From NCBI GenBank assembly GCA_028683855.1, contig JAQUHA010000019.1:12622-76621 (forward strand): a stretch of 64,000 nt of DNA. The letters are read 5' to 3'. The DNA is from Desulfuromonadaceae bacterium. GTDB lineage: Bacteria; Desulfobacterota; Desulfuromonadia; Geobacterales; Pseudopelobacteraceae. This document shows positions 21,345-31,063 of the stretch, piece after piece. The notes under the pieces are model-generated. The model was not told where the DNA came from. It ran no database searches and saw only the letters and a program-made list of their open reading frames with translations. The stretch's first letter is position 1. Every line of letters begins with the position of its first letter. Made by a program: the position numbers and the translations under genes.

Positions 21345-21719
21345 CTACTCTTGATGATCAACTTTTGGAACAACTCTTGAGCTTTCCTGCCTGATAATAT
21401 CTTTTTCGATTATTTTGGCTATACCCAGACCGCGACCCTGTTTTACGGAAATATTCGCATATTCCTGATCCAGCATCGAGCGGTAAACCTCTTCACCATG
21501 ACCGCCACCTGTCAGGTTATCCTTGGCAACAGTCGAACGCATCGATTTCATCATCATTCCGACAAAGAGCGCTTCAAAATCCTGAGAGACTTTTTTTGCC
21601 TGAATACGCTGCTTTTCAGTCAGCGCCCCCCCTGAAGAGGCTTTTTGCAGAAGTTGTGCTTTGTCAACTGAACTTCCTGATATATCGGGCATTACTGCTG
21701 TACTGTACTTTATGTCCAT
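21345..21719 (-). CDS. flgJ: rod-binding protein (FlgJ N-terminal domain only, no muramidase domain)
   Basis: KKVSQDFEALFVGMMMKSMRSTV...YRSMLDQEYANISVKQGRGLGIAKIIEKD matches the FlgJ rod-binding region. Only 124 aa. Confidence 0.75.
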   Translation of the reverse strand: MDIKYSTAVMPDISGSSVDKAQLLQKASSGGALTEKQRIQAKKVSQDFEALFVGMMMKSMRSTVAKDNLTGGGHGEEVYRSMLDQEYANISVKQGRGLGIAKIIEKDIIRQESSRVVPKVDHQE

Positions 21720-21755
21720 ATAAGCTCTTATCGTCCTGGTAGAATATCTATGAAG

Positions 21756-22853
21756 TTATATTATCGAGAGCTCCCCCTGAAGCGCTCCGGCAGCCTTTAT
21801 AGCCTGAAGAATACTGATAAGATCCCGCGGAGTGACTCCAAGAAGATTAAGAGCCCTGACGACATCACCAATACTAGCCCCCTCCTGTAGCACCATAAGC
21901 CGCCTGTTCTCCTCTTCCACCTTCAAATCGGTACGGGGGACCACTTTTGTGTCACCCGTTTTGCTCAACGGAGAGGGTTGAGAAACAAGCGGTGTCTCCT
22001 TTATAACCAGTGAAAGGGTTCCGTGTGTAATCGCGACTGTTGAGATTCTTACGTTCTCCCCCAACACTATGGTGCCGGTTCGTTCGTTAAGAACAACCTT
22101 GGCAGGCATATCAGGCTTAACTTCAAGTCGCTCCAGAGCTGCTACAAACTCGACAGTACGATCCGAATAACCTTCCGGAATTCGCAAAGAGACTGAGCCC
22201 GGATCACTGCACGACGCAACTGAACTTTTAAATTTATCATTTATTGCAGCGGCAATCCGTGATGCCGTGGTAAAATCTGCAACAAATAGATTGAGATTTA
22301 ATGTAGTTCTACCGCTCAACGTATTCGGGAGTTCACGTTCAACCAAAGCCCCGTTAGGCACTCTGCCGGCTGTAGGATGGTTCTTTTGAGCAGTAGCACC
22401 TTGTCCGCCAAATGCAAACGAATTTGTCAGAACAGACCCCTGTGCAACAGCATAAACCTGATTATCCGCCCCCTTAAGGGGTGCCATCAGCAGGGTACCA
22501 CCGGCAATGCTTTTTGCATCTCCTATGGACGAAACCAGGACATCAAGACGATTCCCCTGCTTGGCAAATGGGGGGAGGTTTGCAGTAACCATAACAGCAG
22601 CAACGTTTTTTACCTTGATATCATTTATTGATGTGGATATACCCATCCGTTCCAGCATATTGACTACTGACTGCGTCTGGATTCTTGTCTGGTCGCTGTC
22701 ACCGGAACCGTTAAGTCCTACTACAAGCCCATAACCTATCAGCTGATTGTCCCGAACCCCTTCAAAACCGGCAAGATCCTTTATTCGTACAGCGTGCGCT
22801 GTTCCCGAAATGAACATAAGACATATAAACAGCGTTGTAGCGATTATTCTCAT
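21756..22853 (-). CDS. flgI: flagellar P-ring protein
   Basis: Signal peptide, then VRIKDLAGFEGVRDNQLIGYGLVVGLNGSGD, the canonical FlgI N-terminus. Confidence 0.95.
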   Translation of the reverse strand: MRIIATTLFICLMFISGTAHAVRIKDLAGFEGVRDNQLIGYGLVVGLNGSGDSDQTRIQTQSVVNMLERMGISTSINDIKVKNVAAVMVTANLPPFAKQGNRLDVLVSSIGDAKSIAGGTLLMAPLKGADNQVYAVAQGSVLTNSFAFGGQGATAQKNHPTAGRVPNGALVERELPNTLSGRTTLNLNLFVADFTTASRIAAAINDKFKSSVASCSDPGSVSLRIPEGYSDRTVEFVAALERLEVKPDMPAKVVLNERTGTIVLGENVRISTVAITHGTLSLVIKETPLVSQPSPLSKTGDTKVVPRTDLKVEEENRRLMVLQEGASIGDVVRALNLLGVTPRDLISILQAIKAAGALQGELSII

Positions 22854-22900
22854 ATATAATTACCTTTTTTGCCATTCTGTTACTATTTGCCTAAGTTCTT

Positions 22901-23575
22901 TTAAAACGGCCAGACCTTATCAAGGATACTCATTAACCACCCCGGACTCTGTTGGTCAGAAATTATACCCCTGCCAGAATAACTGATTTTGGCATCTGCA
23001 ACATAAATTGAATTCACAGTATTATCCTGAGCAACATCCCTCGGTCTTACCGTCCCTTCAAGAACAATTTCCTGGTCTTCATTGTTTACCTTTATGTTCC
23101 GCCGCCCCTCTATCAATAGATTTCCATTAGGGAGCACATCAACTACACGGGCGGTGATAGTGGCTTTCAGGCTTTCATCTCTCGATGTCGAACCACTACC
23201 GGAAAATTTGGAGGCGTTGCTTGCAGAGATAAGCTTGCTGAGATCAGCCAGGTACTGAGAAGCAACTTTTGACCCTTCGAGCCCCATAAAATTCGGGATT
23301 CCGGCACTTATCTCAGACCCTCTGGAAGTATCGGTTTTAGAGGCTTTGGAAGCGCTCGCAACTTCTGAAATTACAATAGTTAGAGTGTCACCTCTTCTGC
23401 GAGCCTTAAGATCATCGGTTAAACCGGCTGATGAGGACTGCCAGATGGAGCCGCTTGAATAGTCTGGAGCCGGTTTTGCCGGCGGCTCTTCAAAACCGGC
23501 TGTTTTAACATCTGTTTTCTGAACCGCACATCCAGACAGTAACAGCACTATTATAAGAGGGAATATAAGATTCAT
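22901..23575 (-). CDS. flgH: flagellar L-ring lipoprotein
   Basis: Lipobox LLLSGC. GDTLTIVISE...ITARVVDVLPNGNLLIEG...VRPRDV is typical FlgH. Confidence 0.92.
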   Translation of the reverse strand: MNLIFPLIIVLLLSGCAVQKTDVKTAGFEEPPAKPAPDYSSGSIWQSSSAGLTDDLKARRRGDTLTIVISEVASASKASKTDTSRGSEISAGIPNFMGLEGSKVASQYLADLSKLISASNASKFSGSGSTSRDESLKATITARVVDVLPNGNLLIEGRRNIKVNNEDQEIVLEGTVRPRDVAQDNTVNSIYVADAKISYSGRGIISDQQSPGWLMSILDKVWPF

Positions 23576-23599
23576 AAATTGATCCTTCGGTCGGGAGAG

Positions 23600-24313
23600 C
23601 TAAAAAGCCACCTGAACCGTAGTTGCGCTGATAACTCTGGCTGGTATTTCTTTGAGGGAGGTAAGATTCTGTACGCTTATAGTATCCCCTTCAGCTCCGG
23701 CGCTTCGTGCCTTTCCGGATACGGCAACTTTCAGCACCTCGTTCTCCGCAATTATTGTGACCATCTGACCCGCTTTAATCAGCGGCACTCTTTCAACCTG
23801 GTCAGAACGTACCGGTTGATTAGCTTTAAGGGTGGTTCGAGCCTTTTTGCCGACAACATCGCTTAGTGATCTTGCGGCAAGGCGTGAACCAGGTGAGAGC
23901 AGATACTCCTGCACAACAACGTCGGCTTCAGTCAATAGGTCGCCATACTCAATCTGATGCAGTGCAACGACCATATCTGTTTTTGCCTCAACATCAACAG
24001 TGACAGAAATGTTCCGAATAACGCGGTCATTCTGCCTGATTATAACCGTAAGATTTGTTTTACCCCACCCCTCCCACTGCTGAGGAGCGATAATTTCGTA
24101 ATCCATCTTACCTTCAGGCATTTTCAGATGTCGGTTTATTGATATTCTGTTTATATGCAGAGTCCAATTCATACCTGAACTACGGGCGATTATAAACGAT
24201 GTAACAAGTTCACGAATCTCCTGTTCCCGATTTGTGGCGGATGAGACATCACCTGGAGCTGAAAGGGTCAAAAGCATGAAGAGCAGTAAGATATGGGGTA
24301 ACGAAAATTTCAT
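23600..24313 (-). CDS. flgA: flagellar P-ring assembly chaperone
   Basis: Signal peptide from the ATG at 24313 (MKFSLPHILLLFMLLTLSAPG). C-terminal SAF-like region (LKANQPVRSDQVERVPLIKAGQMVTI...GDTISVQN). Confidence 0.8.
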   Translation of the reverse strand: MKFSLPHILLLFMLLTLSAPGDVSSATNREQEIRELVTSFIIARSSGMNWTLHINRISINRHLKMPEGKMDYEIIAPQQWEGWGKTNLTVIIRQNDRVIRNISVTVDVEAKTDMVVALHQIEYGDLLTEADVVVQEYLLSPGSRLAARSLSDVVGKKARTTLKANQPVRSDQVERVPLIKAGQMVTIIAENEVLKVAVSGKARSAGAEGDTISVQNLTSLKEIPARVISATTVQVAF

Positions 24314-24331
24314 ACGTGATCCAACCAATTC

Positions 24332-25120
24332 CTAGCGTTTAAGATTGTTGGCTGTCTGCAGCATTTCATCCGAAGCCTGAACTGCTTTGGAGTTAATTTC
24401 ATAGGCACGCTGACCGACGATCATATTAACCATCTCTTCGGCAACATTTACATTGCTCATCTCCAGCATCCCCTGACTTACCGTACCAAGGCCCCCCTGC
24501 CCAGGAACACCAATGGTTGCTGTTCCTGATGCGTCAGTCGGGAGATATATGTTTTTACCCTGGCTTGAAAGCCCTGAAGGGTTAGGAAATGAAGCCAGCT
24601 GTATGTTGCCTACAGAGGTTGTGGCGTTCTGCCCGGCGACCTGAACAGACACAGTACCGTCACTGCCGATGTTTATCTTGGTTGTACCCGGAAGTGTAAC
24701 TATTGAAGGGGATAGCGGGTTGCCATCGGCTGTTACGATCTGTCGGGTGCTGTCAAGCTTGAACGCACCGGATTTTGTATATCCAGTAGAGCCGTCAGGC
24801 ATTGTGATCGGGAAAAATCCATCCCCTTCGATTGCCAGATCGAGTTCGTTTCCTGTCTGAGTAAAATCACCCGCAGTGAATAATTTTGTAACCGCAGCGA
24901 GACGGCTGCCAAGACCTATCTGAATTCCGGTCGGAACCTGAGTGGCATTGGTGGCTGGAGAACCGGACGATTTCAGGTTCTGATAAATCAGATCCTGAAA
25001 ATCTGCGCGACTTCGTTTGAATCCTGTTGTATTTACGTTTGCAAGATTGTTGGCGACAACATCAATGTTTTTCTGTTGCCCCTGCATTCCTGAAGCAGCA
25101 GTCCATAATGCTCTGATCAT
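24332..25120 (-). CDS. flgG: flagellar distal rod protein
   Basis: MIRALWTAASGMQGQQKNIDVVANNLANVNTTGFKRSRADFQDL... and C-terminal GMLEMSNVNVAEEMVNMIVGQRAYE. Confidence 0.95.
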   Translation of the reverse strand: MIRALWTAASGMQGQQKNIDVVANNLANVNTTGFKRSRADFQDLIYQNLKSSGSPATNATQVPTGIQIGLGSRLAAVTKLFTAGDFTQTGNELDLAIEGDGFFPITMPDGSTGYTKSGAFKLDSTRQIVTADGNPLSPSIVTLPGTTKINIGSDGTVSVQVAGQNATTSVGNIQLASFPNPSGLSSQGKNIYLPTDASGTATIGVPGQGGLGTVSQGMLEMSNVNVAEEMVNMIVGQRAYEINSKAVQASDEMLQTANNLKR

Positions 25121-25157
25121 ATTATCTCCCCTTCAAATATAGTTTTAATTATTAAAA

Positions 25158-25895
25158 TCAGACTCTGCCAAGATCGTTAGCCGCTTTAGAAGCCATATCA
25201 TCAAAGCCTTTGATAACCTTTGAACATGCCTCAAAGTAACGATTTGTCTCAATAAGCTCAACCATTTCTGAAATGCTCTCGACGTTCGACCCCTCAATGT
25301 GCCCCTGCTGCACCTGAGCTTTACTTGCCTGAGTAGCTGCCTGGCTGTCTGTTGCCAAAAACAGAGCACTGCCTATCTTAGTCAAGTTATAAGGTTTGGT
25401 AAAATCTACAACTGTAATAGTACCGGATTGAACGCCGTCGACCATAACAACACCTTTAGGGTCAATCTGCACATTACTCCCGTCAATGCGAATAGGGGTT
25501 CCGCCTACCCCCTGCACAGGGTAGCCGTCGGCTGTCACAAGGTTGCCGTCTGCAGATGTCCTAAAATTCCCCTGCCTTGTATATGCAGTGCCTTCGGGTG
25601 TTGTTACAGCAAAAAAGCCGTCTCCGTCTATTGCCAGGTCAAGCGGGTTACCGCTCTGAGTTGTCGGTCCACTTGCATAATCGATATAAATATTCTCTTT
25701 CTGCAGTATTGGATCGGCAGTTGAACCCTGTGGCACTGCAGGCGGATTGATGTTCCCTGAAAGCAAACCTTCAAAGGACATTTTATCTTTCTTAAATCCC
25801 GGAGTATTCACGTTTGCGAGATTATTGCTGATTATGTCGAGTCTGCGCATTGCCGCCAGACTGCCGGAAACGGCTGAATATATACCGCTGTTCAT
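25158..25895 (-). CDS. flgF: flagellar proximal rod protein
   Basis: MNSGIYSAVSGSLAAMRRLDIISNNLANVNTPGFKKD... and C-terminal GHIEGSNVESISEMVELIETNRYFE. Confidence 0.85.
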   Translation of the reverse strand: MNSGIYSAVSGSLAAMRRLDIISNNLANVNTPGFKKDKMSFEGLLSGNINPPAVPQGSTADPILQKENIYIDYASGPTTQSGNPLDLAIDGDGFFAVTTPEGTAYTRQGNFRTSADGNLVTADGYPVQGVGGTPIRIDGSNVQIDPKGVVMVDGVQSGTITVVDFTKPYNLTKIGSALFLATDSQAATQASKAQVQQGHIEGSNVESISEMVELIETNRYFEACSKVIKGFDDMASKAANDLGRV

Positions 25896-25915
25896 AATTA
25901 TTTCCCTCTTGGTTT

Positions 25916-26662
25916 CTAATTCTTGTGCAGCTTGAGACGTCCGCGCAACCTGACCATAGCCTGACTGATTAACTGAGAGATTCTTGATTCTGTGAGACCC
26001 ATTGTTTCGCCGATCTCTTTTAGATTAAAGTCCTCATTATAGTAGAGGGTTACTGCTAGGCGCTCCTTTTCAGGCAGAGTATCTATAGCCCTACCGAGCG
26101 CCTCAGCCAATTGCATACTCATAACCTGCTGCTGCGGACTTTTTTCTTCAGCCTCGCAGAGGACATCAGCAAGACAGAGTGGATTACCATCTTCACCCTC
26201 CCAACTGTCATCCAGACTTATAAAAGTAAAGACGTGAACATCATCAAGAAGTTCAAAATATTCGTCTATACTTATACCAAGCGAATCTGCGACCTCTTCA
26301 CTCGTCGGGTTTCGACCAAGCAGATTTTCAAGATTGTGGAGCTCGCGTTCCAACCGTTTGTATTTATCCCGCATGGAGCGGCTGAGAACATCGTAAGAGC
26401 GGAGTTCATCAAGTATTGTGCCCCGTATATGCTGTTCCGCAAATGTTTTAAAGAGCACGCCACGCAACGGATCAAAACGGTCGGCTGCATTTATCAAGCC
26501 AATCATAGCCGAACTTGTCAGGTCCTGCTGATCAAGATGAGGCGGGAGTTTTGCAGATATTCTTCCGACAAGATAGCGCACCAGCGGAATATGATCAACA
26601 ATCAGCTTCTCCCTCTCTGCAGCTTGACAAAAGTCAGCAGTGCGGTCTGTTTCGCCCTGCAT
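25916..26662 (-). CDS. fliA: flagellar sigma factor sigma-28
   Basis: Region 2 (DLTSSAMIGLINAADRFDP...FKTFAEQHIRGTILDELR) and region 4 (LYYNEDFNLKEIGETMGLTESRISQL). ATG at 26662 with GGGGGGA upstream; the track's TTG at 26689 would overlap flhG. Confidence 0.9.
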   Translation of the reverse strand: MQGETDRTADFCQAAEREKLIVDHIPLVRYLVGRISAKLPPHLDQQDLTSSAMIGLINAADRFDPLRGVLFKTFAEQHIRGTILDELRSYDVLSRSMRDKYKRLERELHNLENLLGRNPTSEEVADSLGISIDEYFELLDDVHVFTFISLDDSWEGEDGNPLCLADVLCEAEEKSPQQQVMSMQLAEALGRAIDTLPEKERLAVTLYYNEDFNLKEIGETMGLTESRISQLISQAMVRLRGRLKLHKN

Positions 26663-26666
26663 AAAG

Positions 26667-27593
26667 TCAGTTCCCCCCTGCACAGTCAAGCATTCTTCGG
26701 AAGAAAAACTGGATATTCCCTTTAACCCTGTTCTGGCGTTTGTTCTCGATAACTCTCCTGGCTATTGTCGTAAAGCATTGTGCAGCTTCGGAGTCGGGGA
26801 AAAGTTCGGTGACGGCTTTTTGACGTTTAACAGCCTCAATAACCTTTTCGTCCTTTATGACACAGCCGAGGTAGTCCAGAGAAATGTCAAGAAACCGCCC
26901 GGCTACATTGGCAAGCTTGCGGAAAACTTCAAGTGCATCCTCACTGTCCTTTGCCATATTTACCAGAACTTTGAAGTGATGTTCCGAGTAACGGGTTGCC
27001 AGAAGCTTTATCAATGCGTAAGCGTCGGTTATAGATGTAGGCTCAGGGGTTACAACAACGAATATTTCCTGTGCCGCGACGGTAAAGTAGGTTACGTTTT
27101 CTGATATCCCTGCTTCAGTATCAACTATAAGTATATCGAACTGTTCCTCGAGCATATCAAGCTCGTCAAGCAGTTTCAGTTTTTCATGCTGCCCAAGACT
27201 TGTAAGTTCCTGCACACCCGAACCAGCCGGAATGATCTTGATACCCGCAGGTCCGTCAATAAGAATATCAACAATGCTTTTCTCGCCGTTCAGAACGTGA
27301 TTCAGGTTGTAGACCGGTGAAAGCCCCAAAAGGACGTCAAGATTGCCCAACCCCAGATCTGCATCTATCAAAAGAACCTTCTTGCCTTGAGCGGATAGCG
27401 CTATTGCAAGATTTGAAACTACATTACTCTTACCCACACCACCCTTGCCGCTAGTTACCGAAATAACCCTTATTCCCTGAGGATCAACCAGACCAAGCTG
27501 AGAAGAAGATTCCGCCTGCTGGCTTTTCTTTGCTGTACGAGCCATCTGGCGCAGAGTGTCAGCCTGATCACCTGTCCCTGTTACGCTGTTCAT
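26667..27593 (-). CDS. flhG: MinD/ParA-type ATPase regulating flagellar number (FlhG/FleN/YlxH)
   Basis: Deviant Walker A in SVTSGKGGVGKSNV. Located between flhF and fliA. Start overlaps the flhF stop by 4 bp. Confidence 0.88.
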   Translation of the reverse strand: MNSVTGTGDQADTLRQMARTAKKSQQAESSSQLGLVDPQGIRVISVTSGKGGVGKSNVVSNLAIALSAQGKKVLLIDADLGLGNLDVLLGLSPVYNLNHVLNGEKSIVDILIDGPAGIKIIPAGSGVQELTSLGQHEKLKLLDELDMLEEQFDILIVDTEAGISENVTYFTVAAQEIFVVVTPEPTSITDAYALIKLLATRYSEHHFKVLVNMAKDSEDALEVFRKLANVAGRFLDISLDYLGCVIKDEKVIEAVKRQKAVTELFPDSEAAQCFTTIARRVIENKRQNRVKGNIQFFFRRMLDCAGGN

Positions 27594-28924
27594 TCTGCCC
27601 CCTCACGAAAAATCATATCTGCCAGTTTTGCCGGTGTTGCAATCTCAATATCTTCCGGCACCCGCTGACCTGTTGTAAAATAGGCAATCTGAAGGTTGTC
27701 CTTCATCAGTAGATTGACCATATTACCGAAACTTTCACATTCATCAATTTTTGTAAACACTACCTTACTTATCTGGAAAATTCTGAACCGGTTCAGAATT
27801 TCTTCGAGCTCTCTGTCTTTCGTCGTTGCGGAGAGGCAGAGATAGACCTCCATAGGAATCTTATCTTCAAAAAAGTTCTTCATTTCATCCAGCTTTTCTT
27901 TGTCTTTGTGACTTCGACCTGCGGTGTCTATAAAAATGAGATCACAAGCGGAGTGTTTCTCAACAGCTTTTTCAAGCTCTTTCGGCGTTGAGGCCACCTC
28001 CAGGGGAATTCCCATTATCCGCGAATATGTTTTAAGCTGTTCAACAGCACCAACCCTGAAAATATCCATTGTAATCAGTGCTACCTTGTTACCTCTATTG
28101 AGCGCATACATTGCGGCGAGCTTCGCAGTTGTAGTCGTTTTGCCAACACCTGTAGGACCAACCAGCGCGATAATGCGCGGGGAATTTTTTTTGAGCTTCA
28201 GTGTACCGGCAAATTTTATGAGACGTCCAAGCGTTTCGCCTAATCTCCCTTTTACAGACTGGTTGCCGCTTTCAACTGGAAGAGTGTTCAATGTGTCAAT
28301 AATTTTTCTAATGAGATCAGTTGAAACACCACTTGATGCAAGTTCTCTTGCAAGCGGTGAATCATCCGGCAGTAGATCTTCGCCCGTTTGAATTCTTAAA
28401 TTGCTGTCTTCAGGTATTGTCGGCCACTGAACATCCTTCGTGTCGACGCCATGACTCTTAGCCAGAGTAGCCAGAAGGAGCTTCTTGATTTCTTCAAGAT
28501 CCGAACGTGGAATATTCTTAAGGTTTATTCCGCTATGTTGTGTTTCAGCCGCCTCATCTTCACTGCTCTGTTTTGCTTCTGCTCTAGCCTCCTCTTCACG
28601 GCGTGTAAGCGATTCAACCTTTTCCCGCAGATCCTTCAGTTCTCGCGCAAGCGGAGCAAGCATTGAACTCTCCATCTCTTCACGAGCCGTCCTTTCACGC
28701 GGGGGGGGCTCTCTATATGCAACTGGGGTGGGCTGTGGCGGAGCCGTTTTTCGCACAGGGTCTATTGCAGCGGTAACCCGGTAGACCTGCTTGCTGAAAA
28801 AACCGAGAAAGCCGCCGGTCTGCTCTTTTTTAGTAGAAAGTATCATTGCGTCCGGCCCAAGCTCAGCCTTTACCATACGCAAAGCTTCCGGCATACTTGC
28901 CGCTTGAAATGTTTTAACCAGCAT
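27590..28924 (-). CDS. flhF: flagellar biosynthesis SRP-type GTPase
   Basis: G1 motif LVGPTGVGKTTTTAKLA and G3 motif IDTAGRS. Acidic and basic B-domain. The NG domain is FtsY/Ffh-like. Confidence 0.9.
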   Translation of the reverse strand: MLVKTFQAASMPEALRMVKAELGPDAMILSTKKEQTGGFLGFFSKQVYRVTAAIDPVRKTAPPQPTPVAYREPPPRERTAREEMESSMLAPLARELKDLREKVESLTRREEEARAEAKQSSEDEAAETQHSGINLKNIPRSDLEEIKKLLLATLAKSHGVDTKDVQWPTIPEDSNLRIQTGEDLLPDDSPLARELASSGVSTDLIRKIIDTLNTLPVESGNQSVKGRLGETLGRLIKFAGTLKLKKNSPRIIALVGPTGVGKTTTTAKLAAMYALNRGNKVALITMDIFRVGAVEQLKTYSRIMGIPLEVASTPKELEKAVEKHSACDLIFIDTAGRSHKDKEKLDEMKNFFEDKIPMEVYLCLSATTKDRELEEILNRFRIFQISKVVFTKIDECESFGNMVNLLMKDNLQIAYFTTGQRVPEDIEIATPAKLADMIFREGAE

Positions 28925-30998
28925 TGAAACTTACCACCCCTAGAGACTGAATTTTAATATTCTGAGGTATTTCATTGTGTGAAAGCACAGCCATATGAGG
29001 CACAAAGCGCTCAATCAGCTTCCGGACGTGACGTCTTATCGAAGGTGAAGCAAGAAGAACCGGCTGAGCGCCGCTTGATCCAAAGCGCTCTGACATCATG
29101 CGCACAGAAGCAATTATCTGCTGGGCAACAGCAGGTTCAATGGCGAGATAATTCCCCTGATCGGAGGGCTGAATCGCCTCAGCAATTGTATCTTCAACCT
29201 CCCGATCCATTGTTACCAGAAAAAGAGTCTCGTCCTCCATCTTATACTGATCCACAATAAATCTCCCCAAGCCCTGCCTTACAAACTCGGTCAATACATC
29301 GGGATCCTTTGTCAATGAGGCGTAATCTGCAAGGCTCTCAAGAATTGTACGCATATCACGGATTGAGACACCCTCTTTAAGGAGGTTTTTAACAACTCTC
29401 AGCACCGTACCAAGATTTAGCAGTGCAGGTATAAGCTCATCAACAACTTTAGGTGCTAATACTGCAACATTGTCAAGAAGCTGCTGCATCTCCTGCCGAC
29501 CAACCAGCTCATGCGAGTAGCGTTTGATAATCTCACTTATATGGGTAGCGACAACCGTCGTACTGTCTACAACCGTATAGCCGTTGATCTGTGCCTGATC
29601 TCTCTCTTCATTTCTGATCCAGACTGCAGGGAGCCCAAAGACCGGCTCTTTAGTTGCGACCCCCGGCAGAGTGGCAGTTACCCCTCCTGAATCCATTGCC
29701 AGATATTGACCCGTAAGCTCACTGCCGCCGATTCTTGCCCCACGTATCAGCAGATTGTATTCGTACGGTTTAAGCTGCAGATTGTCATGGATGTGAATGG
29801 GCGGCACAACGAAACCCATTTTCTGTGCAGTCTGCCGCCTGATGGAGCGTATCCGCTCCAACAGCTCTCCGTTTTGGGCGGCATCCACCATCGGCACCAG
29901 CCCGTAACCAACCTCCAGTTCAAGAACATCAAGCGGCCTGATGTTTGATGCCTGATCTATTGACTCTTCACCCGCAGTTGTCTCTGCAACTGCTGACTCC
30001 TCAACAACTTCAGCTTTCTCTCTAGCCATTTTAGCAACCAGAAATGCCACAGCCGAGAGTAGCAAAAAGGCAAAATGAGGGAGACCGGGAATAAGTGCAA
30101 AGAGAAACATTACACCGGAAGCCACAAAAAAAGCCTTTGGATAGTTAAGAAACTGTCCGGTCAACTCCTGCCCGAAACTATTTTCGTCAGCGGAACGGGT
30201 TACAAGAATACCGGCGGCGGTTGAAATTACAAGCGCTGGAACCTGTGCTACAAGCCCTTCACCAATAGTCAGAAGTGTGTAGTTCGCAAGAGCATCCATA
30301 ATCGGCATACCCTGCTGCCAGACACCTATTATCAAGCCGCCGAAAATATTGACGAGGACTATCAGAATTCCTGCGATTGCATCTCCTCGTACAAACTTGC
30401 TTGCACCGTCCATAGATCCGTAAAAATCAGCCTCACGCGATATCTTCATGCGTCTGATTTTTGCCTCTTTGTCGGTCAGAAGTCCTGCTGAAAGATCTGC
30501 GTCTATAGCCATCTGCTTGCCCGGCATAGCATCCAGCGTAAAACGGGCGGCAACCTCTGCAACACGACCGGCACCTTTGGTGATAACAACAAAATTAATG
30601 ATTACAAGGATCAGAAACAGTACAGCTCCAACAACGTAGTTACCACCCACCACAAACTGTCCGAAAGCTTTTATGACTGCACCGGCTGATTCAGCCCCTT
30701 CACTTCCATGAAGCAATATAAGTCTGGTTGATGCAATATTGAGCGCCAGTCGAAAGAGGGTAGTTACCAGCAGTACAGATGGAAACACTGAAAAATCAAG
30801 TGGTTGTATAGTGTATAGACAAATCAGCAGAATTGAAAGGGCAACGGTTATATTTGCAGCCAGAAAAATATCCAGCACAAAAGCCGGAAGTGGAATTATC
30901 ATCAGCGCCAGAATGCCGATAAGTCCGAGCGCTACATATATATCCGAGTTTTTGCGAAATCCGCTCAACTCTATCGCTTCAACTGATCCATTTGCCAT
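28914..30998 (-). CDS. flhA: flagellar type III export gate protein
   Basis: 694 aa with the FHIPEP motif region (...VITKGAGRVAEVAARFTLDAMPGKQMAIDADL...) and a cytoplasmic C-terminal domain. Confidence 0.97.
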   Translation of the reverse strand: MANGSVEAIELSGFRKNSDIYVALGLIGILALMIIPLPAFVLDIFLAANITVALSILLICLYTIQPLDFSVFPSVLLVTTLFRLALNIASTRLILLHGSEGAESAGAVIKAFGQFVVGGNYVVGAVLFLILVIINFVVITKGAGRVAEVAARFTLDAMPGKQMAIDADLSAGLLTDKEAKIRRMKISREADFYGSMDGASKFVRGDAIAGILIVLVNIFGGLIIGVWQQGMPIMDALANYTLLTIGEGLVAQVPALVISTAAGILVTRSADENSFGQELTGQFLNYPKAFFVASGVMFLFALIPGLPHFAFLLLSAVAFLVAKMAREKAEVVEESAVAETTAGEESIDQASNIRPLDVLELEVGYGLVPMVDAAQNGELLERIRSIRRQTAQKMGFVVPPIHIHDNLQLKPYEYNLLIRGARIGGSELTGQYLAMDSGGVTATLPGVATKEPVFGLPAVWIRNEERDQAQINGYTVVDSTTVVATHISEIIKRYSHELVGRQEMQQLLDNVAVLAPKVVDELIPALLNLGTVLRVVKNLLKEGVSIRDMRTILESLADYASLTKDPDVLTEFVRQGLGRFIVDQYKMEDETLFLVTMDREVEDTIAEAIQPSDQGNYLAIEPAVAQQIIASVRMMSERFGSSGAQPVLLASPSIRRHVRKLIERFVPHMAVLSHNEIPQNIKIQSLGVVSFNAG

Positions 30999-31047
30999 AG
31001 TTTACTGTTAATAACCTCATTTTTTGGGTTTATCACCGGCTAAATTC

Positions 31048-31063
31048 TGCAATAATCATGCCG
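31048..31063 (-). promoter_or_regulatory. candidate sigma-54 (-24/-12) promoter for the flhA operon
   Basis: The minus strand reads CGGCATG-ATTA-TTGCA, compared with the consensus TGGCACG-N4-TTGCW. GG and GC have the canonical spacing. It sits about 50 nt upstream of the flhA ATG (30998). Confidence 0.4.

Noticed and set aside
21720-21790. Sigma-28-like -10 strings on the minus strand ahead of flgJ (GACGATAA, CTCGATAA).
   Set aside because: Both are imperfect and neither has a TAAA -35 element at 15-nt spacing.
26111-26725. A 204-aa plus-strand ORF opposite fliA. Similar shadow ORFs lie opposite capD (8418-8930), flhF (27924-28391) and the M16 peptidase genes (14258-14743, 14816-15259).
   Set aside because: The opposite-strand genes have unmistakable family motifs. 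The shadow ORFs have no recognisable motifs and implausible composition.
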